Virus record (IMG/VR): IMGVR_UViG_3300027744_000019
Coordinates: 2,295 to 66,294 of that record
Reading direction: 5' to 3' (one strand)
Length of the DNA stretch: 64,000 nucleotides
From: a virus
Taxonomy: Duplodnaviria > Caudoviricetes
Shown here: in pieces, positions 37,873 through 48,569 of the stretch
How positions within the stretch are numbered: the stretch's first letter is position 1
Layout of the letters: every line of letters begins with the position of its first letter
Notes under the pieces: model-generated
The model's database searches: none
Told to the model about the DNA's origin: nothing
What the model saw: only the letters and a program-made list of their open reading frames with translations
Position numbers and translations under genes: made by a program

Positions 37873-40800
37873 TGAGAATAGATAGATGCCCTATAGAATC
37901 TGATCCGGAATGGCAAAAAATTCTTTCTGAAACCGGTGGTGACAGAATAGAAGCCCGCAAGAGATGGGAGGCTGAAGAATTTGACAAAGATGATAAAAGG
38001 AATGAGTATAAAGAGATAGAAGAAGATGGTGATGCTACAAGAAAAGCTGAGCCTACTAGAAAAGAGATGGAGGAAGACAAGGTCACAAGACTTGTTGAAA
38101 ACATCCGCATCTATCTAGAGAAGAAGATTAAAGTTCTTGAGAGAAGCAATATTTATAAACAAAAGGAAAAAATCAAGGAAACAAAAGACTTGATGAATAT
38201 CCTTAAAGAATTAGATGGTATTGAAAGTATTAATGAGTTTGTCAAAGATGCATTTAATAAATCTAAGATTGCACATAAGCACTTTAATTATACCATTAAC
38301 AGAATCCAGAACGGAGAGTTATCTAGAAAGGAAGCTATTCAAGAGCTTGTAGCTATGCAAGACTTTGCAAATAGATACAGTATCATTAATGAAATACAGA
38401 AAGCTGATGTACTTAAGTTCTTTTCTACTCCTGTAGATATTGAAGCAATGTCTGCAAGAGATGAAAAAACTTTAACTCCACAAGAGATGTTATCTTTTAC
38501 TAAATCTGTGACAGATAATATTAAAACTAAGTTTATTGCTGAGGGTATTCCATTGATGGCTGACTTCTTATTGGATTATAAACCAATGGGTGTTGACGAA
38601 AGAATTAAAAAAGAAGTTTATCAGTTACAACAAAAGATAGAAGTAATTAAAAATAACCCAAAGAATTCTCCTGAGTTTATTGCTAAGAAGACTGAAGAGA
38701 TTCAACAGAGAATTGATACTATTCTAAACTTTACCCTGGATAAAAAATCCATGATTGAAGTTCTTGAAAAAGCTACTAAAGATACTACAATATTTGATTA
38801 TCTTACTGCACCATTAATTAGTTCACCTGATAGTGCTCTAGGCTTATTTGCAAGAGCTGTAAAGACAGAAATGGAGACAGCAAGGTTAGAAGACATTGCC
38901 CTGAGAAAAAGAGCTGCAAAAGCCTTTAATGAATATAAAGCAAGTGTTCCTGCTTTAATGAGAGATAATCCTGCAAAATTCAATGAAGGATTATATGAAA
39001 CTATTTCTGTACCAAGAACAGATCCTGAAACAGGTGAGTATGTAAGAACTAATGAGGGTAGGATTATTCTAGACAAGAGAGTTGCATTTGTACAGAAGTA
39101 TGATCAGTCTAAGTTCCATAAAGAAAAAGCTAAGTTCTTTGAATCCATTGGAAAGAAACCAGATAATCTTACTGATGCACGTGAGTGGTTTGCAAAAGTT
39201 ACTGCATGGTTTGACGCTAATACAATACCTAAACCTAAAGAACAAATTAGAGAAATACTAAAGCAAAAAGAACTTGAAAAAAACCGTGGTCTTTTAACTG
39301 AAGATGAGTATCAAGATTGGAGAAGAGAAAATCTTAAGGTTGATGAGAATGGTAAAATTATAGGTTATAAATACGGTAAGGCAGGTGAATTAGTAATGCC
39401 AGCTGATAAGTATATTAATGCTAAATGGAATGCCCTATATGATGCAAGCGGTAATCCATTAAATCCAAAAGGTAAGTATCATAAGTTTCTTGTTGAGGAG
39501 TATTTAAAATCTCAAGAAAATTTACCTGACATTCAAAAGCCAGGCTATGTTATACCTTCTATTGAAAAAACAGATGGTGAACGTTTACTTGCAAAAGGTA
39601 TTGTAGACTTAGCAAAAAATAGAGCTACTGAACTTGTTAAAGTAAAAGCATATGATGTAGAATATGGTGTTGACTTAGGACTTGGAGAAGAAGGTAATAA
39701 ATTCTTACCTGTATACTTTGTTCAACCCATGGCTGAAGGTGATATAAGTCTTAACTTAATGCGCTCTGTATTAATGTTTGGCTCCATGTCAAATAACTAC
39801 AATGCTATGAATGGTATTTACAATGAGATAAATCTATTTAAAGAAATTATTGGTGACAGAGAAATTGCTGAAACTAATACTAAAGGTATTCCAATTGTAG
39901 ATTCTATTGCCAAAAGACTTGGATATGATAGATATTTAAAAACACACGGTAGTAATTTTTCATCCAGAAGAGTAAATGACTTTATAGATATGGTAGTCTA
40001 TGGAGAATCTAAAGCAAGATTTGAAGTTGCAGGCATTGCAGTAGATAAGATTATAGATAAAATGATGAACTTCTCTGCTATATCTACGCTTTCTTTGGAT
40101 TTACTTAAAGGTATGAATAACAACCTACAGGGTAACCTTCAATTGCTTATTGAAGCTGCCTCAGGTGAATTCTTTGATATGAAGAGTTGGACTAGAGGTA
40201 AGAAAGATTATTGGACAACTATTCCACAAATGCTTTCTGACTTTGGTAAGTTTACTCCTGAAAGTTTAATGGGTCAAATTATTGAACAATATGATCCAAT
40301 GCAAGGGGAATATAAAGACCAATTTGGTAAAGTAGTAACTGGTAGTGTAGCCAATAAACTATTTTCAACAGATACTATATTCTTTAACTTACACTTTGGG
40401 GAACATGAAATTCAAGTATCTACTTTATTTGCAATGCTTAATTCCCGAACTGTAAAAGATAATGAGTCTGGTCAAGAGATATCTTTAATGGAAGCATATA
40501 AGAAGTATGGTGTAGATGAAATTAAAAACAAAACTGATTTCACTGAAGAAATGAGATTGGATGTTCAGAATAAAATCCATGCACTAAATAAAAGAATGCA
40601 TGGTATCTATAATAACTTTGATAAATCTGTAGCTCAGAAACATACTCTTGGTAGATTAGCATTGATGTATAGAAAGTTCTTAGTTCCTTCTTATACAAGA
40701 AGATTTAAGAAACTTGGTATGGACCAAGAACTTGGAGCAATGACAGAAGGTTTCTATAGAACATTCTGGAATGCATTTGCTAAAGACTTGATAACATTTA

Positions 40801-41288
40801 AAGCAGGTATTGGAACACAATGGAGTAATCTTAGTGACTTTGAAAAAGCACAAGTAAGAAGAACTATGACAGAAATAGGTTTCATTCTAGCTTTATCTAT
40901 GTTAATTTGGGGATTACTCATGCTTGTAGATGATGATGATGAAGAAGAAACTAAAAAAAGCTATGGTTATAACTTCTTGTTCTATCAAGCAATTAGACTT
41001 AGAAGTGAGACTCAACAGTATTTACCAGGTCTTGGTTTTAAAGATGCCTATAGGATTGTTAAGTCTCCAACAGCTATGACAAGTACTGTAGATAATTTTA
41101 TTAGATTTACAGATCAGTTTCTATTTACTTGGGATGATGAAAAACTATCTTACAAAAGAAAAACAGGTATTTGGGAAAAAGGAGATAATAAATCTTGGGC
41201 CTACTTCTTAAAGTTAATTGGATACACAGGAAATAATATTACTCCTGATCAAGCAGTTAAAAACTTCCAGGCAGCTCTGAATAAATAA
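37872..41288 (+). CDS. Putative ejection/virion protein with C-terminal transmembrane segment
   Basis: 1138 aa, helical. Hydrophobic segment IGFILALSMLIWGLLMLV (about 40875-40930) followed by DDDDEEE. TAATG-coupled to the RNAP gene and last gene of the + strand block. Confidence 0.55.
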   Translation: MRIDRCPIESDPEWQKILSETGGDRIEARKRWEAEEFDKDDKRNEYKEIEEDGDATRKAEPTRKEMEEDKVTRLVENIRIYLEKKIKVLERSNIYKQKEKIKETKDLMNILKELDGIESINEFVKDAFNKSKIAHKHFNYTINRIQNGELSRKEAIQELVAMQDFANRYSIINEIQKADVLKFFSTPVDIEAMSARDEKTLTPQEMLSFTKSVTDNIKTKFIAEGIPLMADFLLDYKPMGVDERIKKEVYQLQQKIEVIKNNPKNSPEFIAKKTEEIQQRIDTILNFTLDKKSMIEVLEKATKDTTIFDYLTAPLISSPDSALGLFARAVKTEMETARLEDIALRKRAAKAFNEYKASVPALMRDNPAKFNEGLYETISVPRTDPETGEYVRTNEGRIILDKRVAFVQKYDQSKFHKEKAKFFESIGKKPDNLTDAREWFAKVTAWFDANTIPKPKEQIREILKQKELEKNRGLLTEDEYQDWRRENLKVDENGKIIGYKYGKAGELVMPADKYINAKWNALYDASGNPLNPKGKYHKFLVEEYLKSQENLPDIQKPGYVIPSIEKTDGERLLAKGIVDLAKNRATELVKVKAYDVEYGVDLGLGEEGNKFLPVYFVQPMAEGDISLNLMRSVLMFGSMSNNYNAMNGIYNEINLFKEIIGDREIAETNTKGIPIVDSIAKRLGYDRYLKTHGSNFSSRRVNDFIDMVVYGESKARFEVAGIAVDKIIDKMMNFSAISTLSLDLLKGMNNNLQGNLQLLIEAASGEFFDMKSWTRGKKDYWTTIPQMLSDFGKFTPESLMGQIIEQYDPMQGEYKDQFGKVVTGSVANKLFSTDTIFFNLHFGEHEIQVSTLFAMLNSRTVKDNESGQEISLMEAYKKYGVDEIKNKTDFTEEMRLDVQNKIHALNKRMHGIYNNFDKSVAQKHTLGRLALMYRKFLVPSYTRRFKKLGMDQELGAMTEGFYRTFWNAFAKDLITFKAGIGTQWSNLSDFEKAQVRRTMTEIGFILALSMLIWGLLMLVDDDDEEETKKSYGYNFLFYQAIRLRSETQQYLPGLGFKDAYRIVKSPTAMTSTVDNFIRFTDQFLFTWDDEKLSYKRKTGIWEKGDNKSWAYFLKLIGYTGNNITPDQAVKNFQAALNK

Positions 41289-41319
41289 AAAAGGGGGTTA
41301 TTGACCCCCCTTCTTTTTT
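41287..41319. terminator. Bidirectional rho-independent terminator at the convergence of the two arms
   Basis: AAAAAA-GGGGGT-TATTG-ACCCCC-CTTCTTTTTT: GC stem with an A tract on one side and a T tract on the other, directly after the stop of the 1138-aa gene. Confidence 0.8.
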
Positions 41320-41471
41320 GTAGTAGTTGTTTCTTGAAATAGTTGGTGATTATCTTCAAACCATTCTCTTGCATCTGCTTTAGTTTGCATAGGTAAACAA
41401 CCACATGTCATACTTTCAGCACCGGCTAGATAGGCTTCAATTATTAACTTTTTAAACTGTTGTGGACTCAT
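41298..41471 (-). CDS. Small hypothetical protein (MSPQQFKK...)
   Basis: Likely start at the ATG at 41471 rather than the track start. It overlaps the upstream gene end by 20 nt and its stop falls inside the terminator hairpin. Confidence 0.35.
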   Translation of the reverse strand: MSPQQFKKLIIEAYLAGAESMTCGCLPMQTKADAREWFEDNHQLFQETTTTKKKGGQ

Positions 41472-42072
41472 TGAAAAAGAATATTTGAAACAGTCTTCCT
41501 GTCTCTCTACTGTGACCAAAATAATCATTACCTGAGTGGATTAAACCACCATCAAAAATAACAAGCCTGTTAAATACATTACCTACAGTGTCTTGTCTCT
41601 CAAATGGAGTGGGATCTAAAAATGTCTCCTTAGTAAATACATTACCATTTTCTCCATAATCCCAATCTATATCCTCATTATGAAATACTTTAGAACCTTT
41701 ATGTCTATAAAAACTAGTTCCTGACTGAGGTGGTGCGCCCGGAGTTAAAAATAAAACTCCTGCCCATTGCTGTGCATCACAATGAAATACTTGTGGTACC
41801 CCTGCTATACAAGATTGGAATCTACCGTTAATGCTTGTATCATACCATCCATAACCATCATCTGTATGTTCTGCAATTTTAATCTGCATAATATCTTCAA
41901 ACTTTTCTTTGATACCATCAAATAAAAACTGCATACGGGTTCTTTCTCCTACAGCACCTTCGCCAGGAAAGTAGGTTTGCATAAGAGCATATTCTCTTAC
42001 TGCCATTGGATCTTCGTAGAAGTTATCTACTACAAAGAACCTTTTACGTTGGTCTGGATTAACTTTAAACAT
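41452..42072 (-). CDS. 2OG-Fe(II) oxygenase superfamily protein (DUF6445-like)
   Basis: VVDNFYEDP N-terminus, HxD (FHCD), AGVLFL, GTSFY, NRLVIFDG, distal His (LIHS) and C-terminal RLFQIFFF with the 2OG-binding Arg. Confidence 0.75.
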   Translation of the reverse strand: MFKVNPDQRKRFFVVDNFYEDPMAVREYALMQTYFPGEGAVGERTRMQFLFDGIKEKFEDIMQIKIAEHTDDGYGWYDTSINGRFQSCIAGVPQVFHCDAQQWAGVLFLTPGAPPQSGTSFYRHKGSKVFHNEDIDWDYGENGNVFTKETFLDPTPFERQDTVGNVFNRLVIFDGGLIHSGNDYFGHSRETGRLFQIFFFNESTTV

Positions 42073-42106
42073 AATTATATTTATTTCTGTACAATCAAAA
42101 TTAAAA

Positions 42107-42141
42107 AAAGAAAAGGGAATAGCCTAAACTATTCCCCTTCT
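42107..42141 (-). terminator. Rho-independent terminator
   Basis: GGGAATAG/CTATTCCC 8-bp stem followed on the - strand by a T tract, 30 nt downstream of the 42172 stop. Confidence 0.7.
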
Positions 42142-42171
42142 CTTTGATATTTATTCTTCCCTTTCAGGGTC

Positions 42172-43353
42172 TTAGAAGAATGCTTCATTATCATCCTCAT
42201 CATCTGAGAAATTAAATGCAAAGTCTTCTTCAGTTTCTAATTGTTCTTTTTCAAAAATCATATGTTCTAGAGGAGTTGGTTCTAGAGATGCTGTAGATGC
42301 ATTCTCACCTGTCCATTCTTGATTTTCATCTATCTGGAATTCTTCTTCCTCTTCTTCTGGTTCCATAGATTCAATAACTATTGGTGCTTCAAATGTATTA
42401 CCCATAGGATCAGTATAGCTTACTGTTTCTTCTATAACTTCATTAGATATTTCATCAAGGGTCTCAAGGTTCACAGGGTTCTCAAGGTATTCTTCATTTT
42501 GTTCTAATTCTAATGAAGGTTCCTCAGCTTCTGTTTTCTCAATTTCAGTCAAAATATTAAGCTGATTTTCTGGTTGACCATAATTTGTAGTTAATGGATC
42601 TACCTCAGCTTCTACAACTGGTTGAGGTATAGAAGGCTTAGAAAAGTTATTAACACTTGAAATAAAATAATGTAAAACACGTTGATCTTCCATCCATGTT
42701 TTAGGATGTGAAGACTGTAGTGCAGTAGTTACATAATTATAGAAAGCCCATAGACTACTTGTATCTTCAAATACATGTGTTGGTTTCATCATTTCTGATC
42801 TAACCATACTAGCTTGTTCAGTAGTTAAGATCTGATACTCTGCAAACAAGATACCAAGAAGCTGAGCTTGTTTTCTCTTATTCATCTTGATTTCTTTCAT
42901 TGCATCTTTGTCAGACTTAAGCTGATCATAATACATCTGAGCATCTTTAATCTGACCCTTGATAGTCTCAACAGTCTCTTCATCTGCAGTACCGGTGTGT
43001 TTTCTAGACCAGCTGCCCATGTCTCCGTGTACCATAAAAGTACCCGCTTGGTTCACATATGCACCAACTCCACATTTAAATCTGACTTGCTTGTTGTAAC
43101 TATTAGTCCAAGCAAACATCATAGATAACTCAGGATCAGAATTATAGTTCAAGACATGCACACCATGTGCTATTTGTCCGTCTGCAGTTGCTCTGTAAGT
43201 TTCAGAAACAACTCCAAAGCCTGCAGCTGCAAGCTCTGTATATACATAATTAATTACAGACTCATGACTAATAACAGTGTAGCTATCTCCATGAGTAGGT
43301 AAATCAACAGAAATCAATTGTGCCTTACTGCACTCTTTAATTTTCTTTGGCAT
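42172..43353 (-). CDS. DUF932-like protein with long acidic C-terminal tail
   Basis: Start reassigned to MPKKIKE (ATG at 43353, just after the polB stop). LPTHGDSYTVISH...FAWTNSYNK...CGVGAYV...TSSLWAFYNYVT resembles DUF932/DUF945. The last 130 aa or so are very Glu/Asp-rich. Confidence 0.55.
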   Translation of the reverse strand: MPKKIKECSKAQLISVDLPTHGDSYTVISHESVINYVYTELAAAGFGVVSETYRATADGQIAHGVHVLNYNSDPELSMMFAWTNSYNKQVRFKCGVGAYVNQAGTFMVHGDMGSWSRKHTGTADEETVETIKGQIKDAQMYYDQLKSDKDAMKEIKMNKRKQAQLLGILFAEYQILTTEQASMVRSEMMKPTHVFEDTSSLWAFYNYVTTALQSSHPKTWMEDQRVLHYFISSVNNFSKPSIPQPVVEAEVDPLTTNYGQPENQLNILTEIEKTEAEEPSLELEQNEEYLENPVNLETLDEISNEVIEETVSYTDPMGNTFEAPIVIESMEPEEEEEEFQIDENQEWTGENASTASLEPTPLEHMIFEKEQLETEEDFAFNFSDDEDDNEAFF

Positions 43354-43354
43354 T

Positions 43355-45253
43355 TTAAAATAATTTAAGTTGTGTAATAATTGGTTCAAGGTTCCTTATC
43401 TCCTTGTAGATATTCTCTAGGTAGTAATCATAATTGATATCATACTCACTAAAATCTCTTTCAGTGTAGTCAATAAGAATAGTTTGCATCCATTTCCCAG
43501 CCTCAACCTGGATTTCTCTCCCGTCAGTATTATTCTTCTTAATAATCTTTGACCCGGATTTAGATACAAAATATCTTATAGTATGCTGTAAAGGTTTAAC
43601 CTCATACTCACCATCAACAATATGGTGTTCATAAAAATTCCAGTCTCCTTTTATCTTAACCCCACCACAATAATCAAATATGTTTTGGTTTTGAGCTAGA
43701 AAATCTTCAGGCTGGGTACCATCTACAAAATATGCATGTATTGCTTTAGGAATAATAAGAAAACTCTTATTCTTATGTAGAGCCAGGTTATCATATTCAA
43801 ACCTACCCTTGCATTTAGATTTACCATCTTCAGTAATAGCAATATAATTATTTACATCCCCAAGAATAATCTTACTATAAGTATCATGTTCTAGTTGAAG
43901 CTGTGTTATATCTTCCCATCTCTTGCAGATATCCATATACTTATCTACATACTCTCTTGGGATCAAAGTCTCAAGACCATCTGTATTCTGCATTAGTGGA
44001 ATTGCATTAGGAATCTCTTCACAGATCATTTCATATAGCATAGTCAGACTAAGTTGACCATTAATAGTAATCCTCATAGTAAACTCAGGATCATACAGGA
44101 AACTATTCTCATCATTACTTAACCCATAGGTTGAGTTTAGAATAATCTTGTATACATAATTTTTAGGATCCTTCTTTGGAATCTTCTTTCTTTCTTCAAA
44201 GAACCACTCATACAAATCACAGAATTCTTCTTGTTCCAAATGTGCTGGTGCCCACTTGTTTCTAATAGCCAAGTTGGGATAGAAACTAGTAACGTCAGAC
44301 GTTAGTATTACCATATCCTCATTAGACTCATAGACCTTTGTAGACCTAGCACCATGGATACCACCAAGACCATAATCAGTCTTGACACCTTTGTACTGCA
44401 CAGAATACTTAAAACCACCTTTAGTTTCTCCAGGATAGATAACTACTTCATTAAACTTATTTAGTAAGTTTTGAAATGTTGCTGTCTTGAATTTAATATA
44501 AGGTAGAATAATATTCTTTACTGTAATTCTAGCTCTATGAGTTCTAGCTTGTCTAAGATCCCACTTTTTTACCCCAAGTTTTTGACTCAAGAAATGTAGA
44601 AACAACTCTTTAGAAATCCGTGGCTCAGATGCAGAGAATAAGTTAATGCCATATTCATCAGTAAGAGTCTTTCTCAAACCAATCTGCTCTTTACTGAGCT
44701 TCATGATTTGTTTAGTAGACTTTACATCATTAATACAATATCTAATAATCTCGGGAATCTGTTTAGCTACAATAGTCTCAGTATGATGGATAGGCATATC
44801 CATAATGTTAGGCCAATCCATTGTATACTGAATCCATTTAAGAGAACTTCTCTTGGCATTGTTATCCCAGTGATTAAGTTTAAATACATCTACCTGGTTA
44901 ATCTGTAGATCTCTTGGACTAAACTCTAGAAATTCACCTGCATTCTGTTTACTAATTACATTCTGTGCTCTACCATAAATCCATTTAGCAATTGAATCTC
45001 CTGTGTTATGAATAACAGAGTCTTTATTTCTTAGGATATACTCAGTAATCTGACTGTCAAACCCAAGACCATTAAAACTAACATGCCATTCTTCAGAACT
45101 AATGTTTTCTTGGAGAAACTCTACTAGTTCTAGGATATCATTCTGGCTTTCATGTACCACAAAGATTCTTTGCTCTTCTGAATTTACAGCTTCAAACACT
45201 GCTATGAACGCATTGGAGAGCGTTTCATAATCCATTACATAATGTGTTCTCAT
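43355..45253 (-). CDS. polB: Family B DNA polymerase (crAss-type)
   Basis: Exonuclease motifs DYET, FNGLGFD and YCINDV. Polymerase motifs SDVTSFYPN, KIILNSTYG and NTDG, followed by DVNNYIA. Confidence 0.92.
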   Translation of the reverse strand: MRTHYVMDYETLSNAFIAVFEAVNSEEQRIFVVHESQNDILELVEFLQENISSEEWHVSFNGLGFDSQITEYILRNKDSVIHNTGDSIAKWIYGRAQNVISKQNAGEFLEFSPRDLQINQVDVFKLNHWDNNAKRSSLKWIQYTMDWPNIMDMPIHHTETIVAKQIPEIIRYCINDVKSTKQIMKLSKEQIGLRKTLTDEYGINLFSASEPRISKELFLHFLSQKLGVKKWDLRQARTHRARITVKNIILPYIKFKTATFQNLLNKFNEVVIYPGETKGGFKYSVQYKGVKTDYGLGGIHGARSTKVYESNEDMVILTSDVTSFYPNLAIRNKWAPAHLEQEEFCDLYEWFFEERKKIPKKDPKNYVYKIILNSTYGLSNDENSFLYDPEFTMRITINGQLSLTMLYEMICEEIPNAIPLMQNTDGLETLIPREYVDKYMDICKRWEDITQLQLEHDTYSKIILGDVNNYIAITEDGKSKCKGRFEYDNLALHKNKSFLIIPKAIHAYFVDGTQPEDFLAQNQNIFDYCGGVKIKGDWNFYEHHIVDGEYEVKPLQHTIRYFVSKSGSKIIKKNNTDGREIQVEAGKWMQTILIDYTERDFSEYDINYDYYLENIYKEIRNLEPIITQLKLF

Positions 45254-45293
45254 AATATATATGTTCAGTTAAGCTGTCCCCCCTTTTATCCAC

Positions 45294-45318
45294 AAAAAAA
45301 GGTAGCTGTTGCCACCTT
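45294..45318 (-). terminator. Rho-independent terminator upstream of polB
   Basis: - strand AAGGTGGC-AACA-GCTACCTT-TTTTT (8-bp stem with one G-U pair). Confidence 0.6.
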
Positions 45319-45346
45319 CCCTTGTTGTTACACTCTAAAACAAATG

Positions 45347-45688
45347 TTATGCATTCACAAAGCTAAGATAATCAAAATCTGCATTAACTGCAATAAGATC
45401 AATAAAAGTTTTAATAGATTCTACATCAGAGATATAGTATTCTTGAAACACTTCAAGCTTGTGTCTTTCTTGTTTAACACCTTTAGTACCTTGTGTAGGC
45501 TGACCATACTCATCAAGCTTAGGAAGCATCTGTAGTGTATTTCTTTTTGTTTTAGAAATAATTACAAATACTTTGCTCTCCGGGTCAAAGATACATTCTA
45601 CATAAGGACAATCTGCCGTCATTGGCACTGTTCTAAAACTTGGTTTGCCGTTCCATTCTGAGGCAACCAGCATCATATTTTTTTCCAT
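45347..45688 (-). CDS. Hypothetical protein
   Basis: 113-aa ORF, ATG start with A-rich leader, co-oriented with neighbours. Confidence 0.75.
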   Translation of the reverse strand: MEKNMMLVASEWNGKPSFRTVPMTADCPYVECIFDPESKVFVIISKTKRNTLQMLPKLDEYGQPTQGTKGVKQERHKLEVFQEYYISDVESIKTFIDLIAVNADFDYLSFVNA

Positions 45689-45708
45689 GTTGGTAATTTT
45701 TATACAAA

Positions 45709-46275
45709 TTAACTTATAATCTTTAAGTTTTCCAAATCAGCTACTTTAATTAGTAAACATTCTTTCTCTAAATCAGGCTTATCACATAGTTCACCTACTT
45801 GTTCTATTAAATTTTTATCAACATCAAGAATCTCAGCATATCTTTCAAACCAATTTTCTGGATTTAAATAACTATTAATATAAACATAGTTGCCACTATA
45901 CTGCTCAAAGAAGTTTAGTATAGTAGCTTTAGTTTTTTTGGATAATTTACTATAGTTACCTTTTATTAAATGTTCCCAATCTTCTTTTAAATCAGAAAAA
46001 TCAAATACAAATACACTCTGTTCTGTATTAATTACTTTGTAATCATGTAGTCTAGTGTGTTTTAATAAAACATTTGATTCAAAATTTTTATATTCTAAAT
46101 CAGTTCTTGTATCATATAAACATACTAGTTTCATATCCTCAGGAGTATATGTGTCATTCCATCCAAGATAAGTCTCAGATGGAACAACACTTGTACCCCT
46201 TTTAATTCCCAAGAGCGGATATATAAATATCTTGGACTTTTGAAAGTATTTCTTGTAAAGTGTATTTATGATCAT
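45709..46275 (-). CDS. Hypothetical protein
   Basis: 188-aa ORF closely packed in the replication block. Confidence 0.75.
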   Translation of the reverse strand: MIINTLYKKYFQKSKIFIYPLLGIKRGTSVVPSETYLGWNDTYTPEDMKLVCLYDTRTDLEYKNFESNVLLKHTRLHDYKVINTEQSVFVFDFSDLKEDWEHLIKGNYSKLSKKTKATILNFFEQYSGNYVYINSYLNPENWFERYAEILDVDKNLIEQVGELCDKPDLEKECLLIKVADLENLKIIS

Positions 46276-46277
46276 AA

Positions 46278-47297
46278 TTAAAGTGTTACATTACCTAAAG
46301 CTAACTCATAAGGCAATCTATATTCTTTGTTTTCATAGTGATACTTTATCTTATCTTCTATGTCTTCAAAGTCAGCTAACCATACTTCTAAAGTTTCTTT
46401 GCTTACCTGGTAAGGATACACTTGATTGTACTTGTCAATTACAATAAATGTAATTACAATGTTCCACTCAGCTGGGTCTGCTAATTCTTTAATAAAATTA
46501 GTCCAGGCAAGCTTGTGATAGATAGCAGCCTGAATCCAATATTTATAATAACTTACTGACTCTGGAAAAGAAGCAATATCTTTACCTGTTGTCTTTAAGT
46601 CATTGATAAACAATGTCTTAGTGTCATAATCCATCACAACATTATCTAAGATTCCCTTGTAACCAAATGGTAAATGATCCTGATTAATACTAATCATATG
46701 CTCACTAAATGTTTTTATGTGAACATCATTTGGAGTTTTATCCAATTGTAAGAGAGATCTTACTGCTTGATTTGACTTCAGTTCAATAACAGACTCTTTA
46801 CAATTTGCAAGAGTTGTTGAATCAACTACTGTCTTGTCAAGACTTTGTTTTAGAAAATTAAAGTATGCTTTGTTTTCTTCTGTGAGAACTTTATCTAATC
46901 TTTGAGTATCTGTTTTAAGAGACTGATATAGATTTGCTATAAGTAATTCTGAGAGTATTTCTTGAGAGTAATCATTCAAAGATAGTGTATCATTTCCAAT
47001 TGTGCAATGATATTTAAAAATATTATCAATAATTTTTCTTTGGCTATCAGTTGGAAACTTGCCAGGCATGCTGATAAAATCTCTCTCATAGTTATCAGGC
47101 TCAAATAAAAGGCAGTGTAGGACACGCCCTGCTACCAGGTGCGCGTCCGTACTGTCCTCTCTTTGGTTGAGCACATAATGACTGTAAAACATTCTAGGTG
47201 AGAACAATAGCTTATTAATGCTACTGTAGCTAAAATAGAATTTGTTTTTGTAAAATAATTCTAGTTCATCAGAACCAGTCAATGTCAGTGGACTCAT
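46278..47297 (-). CDS. PD-(D/E)XK exonuclease (RecE/DUF3799-like)
   Basis: FSYSSINKL, GRVLHCLLFEP, KGILDNV...INDLKTTG and YWIQAAIY motifs. Confidence 0.8.
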   Translation of the reverse strand: MSPLTLTGSDELELFYKNKFYFSYSSINKLLFSPRMFYSHYVLNQREDSTDAHLVAGRVLHCLLFEPDNYERDFISMPGKFPTDSQRKIIDNIFKYHCTIGNDTLSLNDYSQEILSELLIANLYQSLKTDTQRLDKVLTEENKAYFNFLKQSLDKTVVDSTTLANCKESVIELKSNQAVRSLLQLDKTPNDVHIKTFSEHMISINQDHLPFGYKGILDNVVMDYDTKTLFINDLKTTGKDIASFPESVSYYKYWIQAAIYHKLAWTNFIKELADPAEWNIVITFIVIDKYNQVYPYQVSKETLEVWLADFEDIEDKIKYHYENKEYRLPYELALGNVTL

Positions 47298-48561
47298 TTG
47301 TTTCTATTTGATGGTTAATTGATTCAGGTTCTGGTTCAATAGTATTTTCAAGCTCAACTAACTGTTCTTTTAGATCAGCTCTTTCAACTCTTGTAATTGC
47401 TTCCTCTAAAAGTTCATCTTCTATTTGCTCTTCCATATACAATGAAGCCATTGCTCTTTCTTCTTCCTCATTCTCAATTTCTCTTTCCGGAAGAATATTA
47501 AATTCAGTTACTGAAGCAACTTCTTTAGAGTCCTCTTTATATTCTATTATACCAGTATAAGAATTATTAATTGCTGTTTGAACTTCTAGAGTAGGAACTA
47601 TTGCACTTACACTAAATGTAGTGCTATGAGCAATATTTCTGATAAACCAATCAGCTCTTTCTTGGAGTAAAACATGATTCCAATCTTTAGTAAGCAAGCC
47701 TAGCTCTATTAATTTCTTAGCTACTCTATCTGGATTTAACCAACCAATCTCTTTTACCGTTATACTGAAATAACTAACCATAGACTTAAAGTTCACATGA
47801 TTTCTAGTATGACATTCTGAAATTCTACCAGAATAATCTTCAAGAAGAAGCAATAGATACAAAGCACTGTCTATATAGTTAGAGTTTGCCATAATCTCCA
47901 TTGCCATGATATGATTATCCTGGTCAGAACTTTGAAACATCTTAACCAACTGCTGATATACTTCAGGAGTAATAGTAACTGCATCATCACCATTAATCAT
48001 AGCAAGTAACTCTGATTCATCAAAGATTGTTTTATTCTGAATATCATCAAGAATATCTTTATATTCATCTTCAACAAAATGAACACTAGAAGAATAACCT
48101 GATAATGTGACAAATCCTTTGTCATTCATATCCCTTGCTGTACTATACTCAATGTATATTTTTTCTGGATTACATGCTGCTATTGCTGTATCATACTTAT
48201 CTGTGTAATACATATCAAAACCCATATGAGGTTTTAACCACTCTACATATTTAGTAAACTCTTCTGTTTTAGCACTATGCAAATAACGTCCACATGTAAT
48301 TTTATTTATAGTAGCTCTACCAGAAATGATAACATTAGCTCTCTCAGCATCTCTAACTACTTTTACTCCAAGATTCAATGCTAAATCTTTAAGCTTAACC
48401 CTAGGAATATTAACTCCCGGCATTAAGAATATGCTATCTCCTTGTGCAGGAACATATCCTTTACTTACGGTATAAATATCATTCTTATTATCAGGTATAC
48501 CATAAAGTAAATCTACATCTAGTGTATCACCGTCTCTATTACAAATTATAATTTGTTCCAT
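47269..48561 (-). CDS. Hypothetical protein with BRCT-like N-terminal segment and MFxSxDxDN motif
   Basis: IFLMPGVNIPRVKLKDL...VKVVRDAERANVIIS resembles a BRCT strand/helix pattern. It contains LVKMFQSSDQDNHIMAMEIMANS and has an acidic C-terminal tail. Confidence 0.6.
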   Translation of the reverse strand: MEQIIICNRDGDTLDVDLLYGIPDNKNDIYTVSKGYVPAQGDSIFLMPGVNIPRVKLKDLALNLGVKVVRDAERANVIISGRATINKITCGRYLHSAKTEEFTKYVEWLKPHMGFDMYYTDKYDTAIAACNPEKIYIEYSTARDMNDKGFVTLSGYSSSVHFVEDEYKDILDDIQNKTIFDESELLAMINGDDAVTITPEVYQQLVKMFQSSDQDNHIMAMEIMANSNYIDSALYLLLLLEDYSGRISECHTRNHVNFKSMVSYFSITVKEIGWLNPDRVAKKLIELGLLTKDWNHVLLQERADWFIRNIAHSTTFSVSAIVPTLEVQTAINNSYTGIIEYKEDSKEVASVTEFNILPEREIENEEEERAMASLYMEEQIEDELLEEAITRVERADLKEQLVELENTIEPEPESINHQIETNESTDIDWF

Positions 48562-48569
48562 AATATAAA

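Noticed and set aside
42172-42600. Acidic C-terminal tail of the DUF932-like protein as a DNA-mimic anti-restriction domain
   Set aside because: It looks low-complexity and probably disordered. Acidic tails are common in phage recombination proteins, and there is no structural evidence for mimicry.
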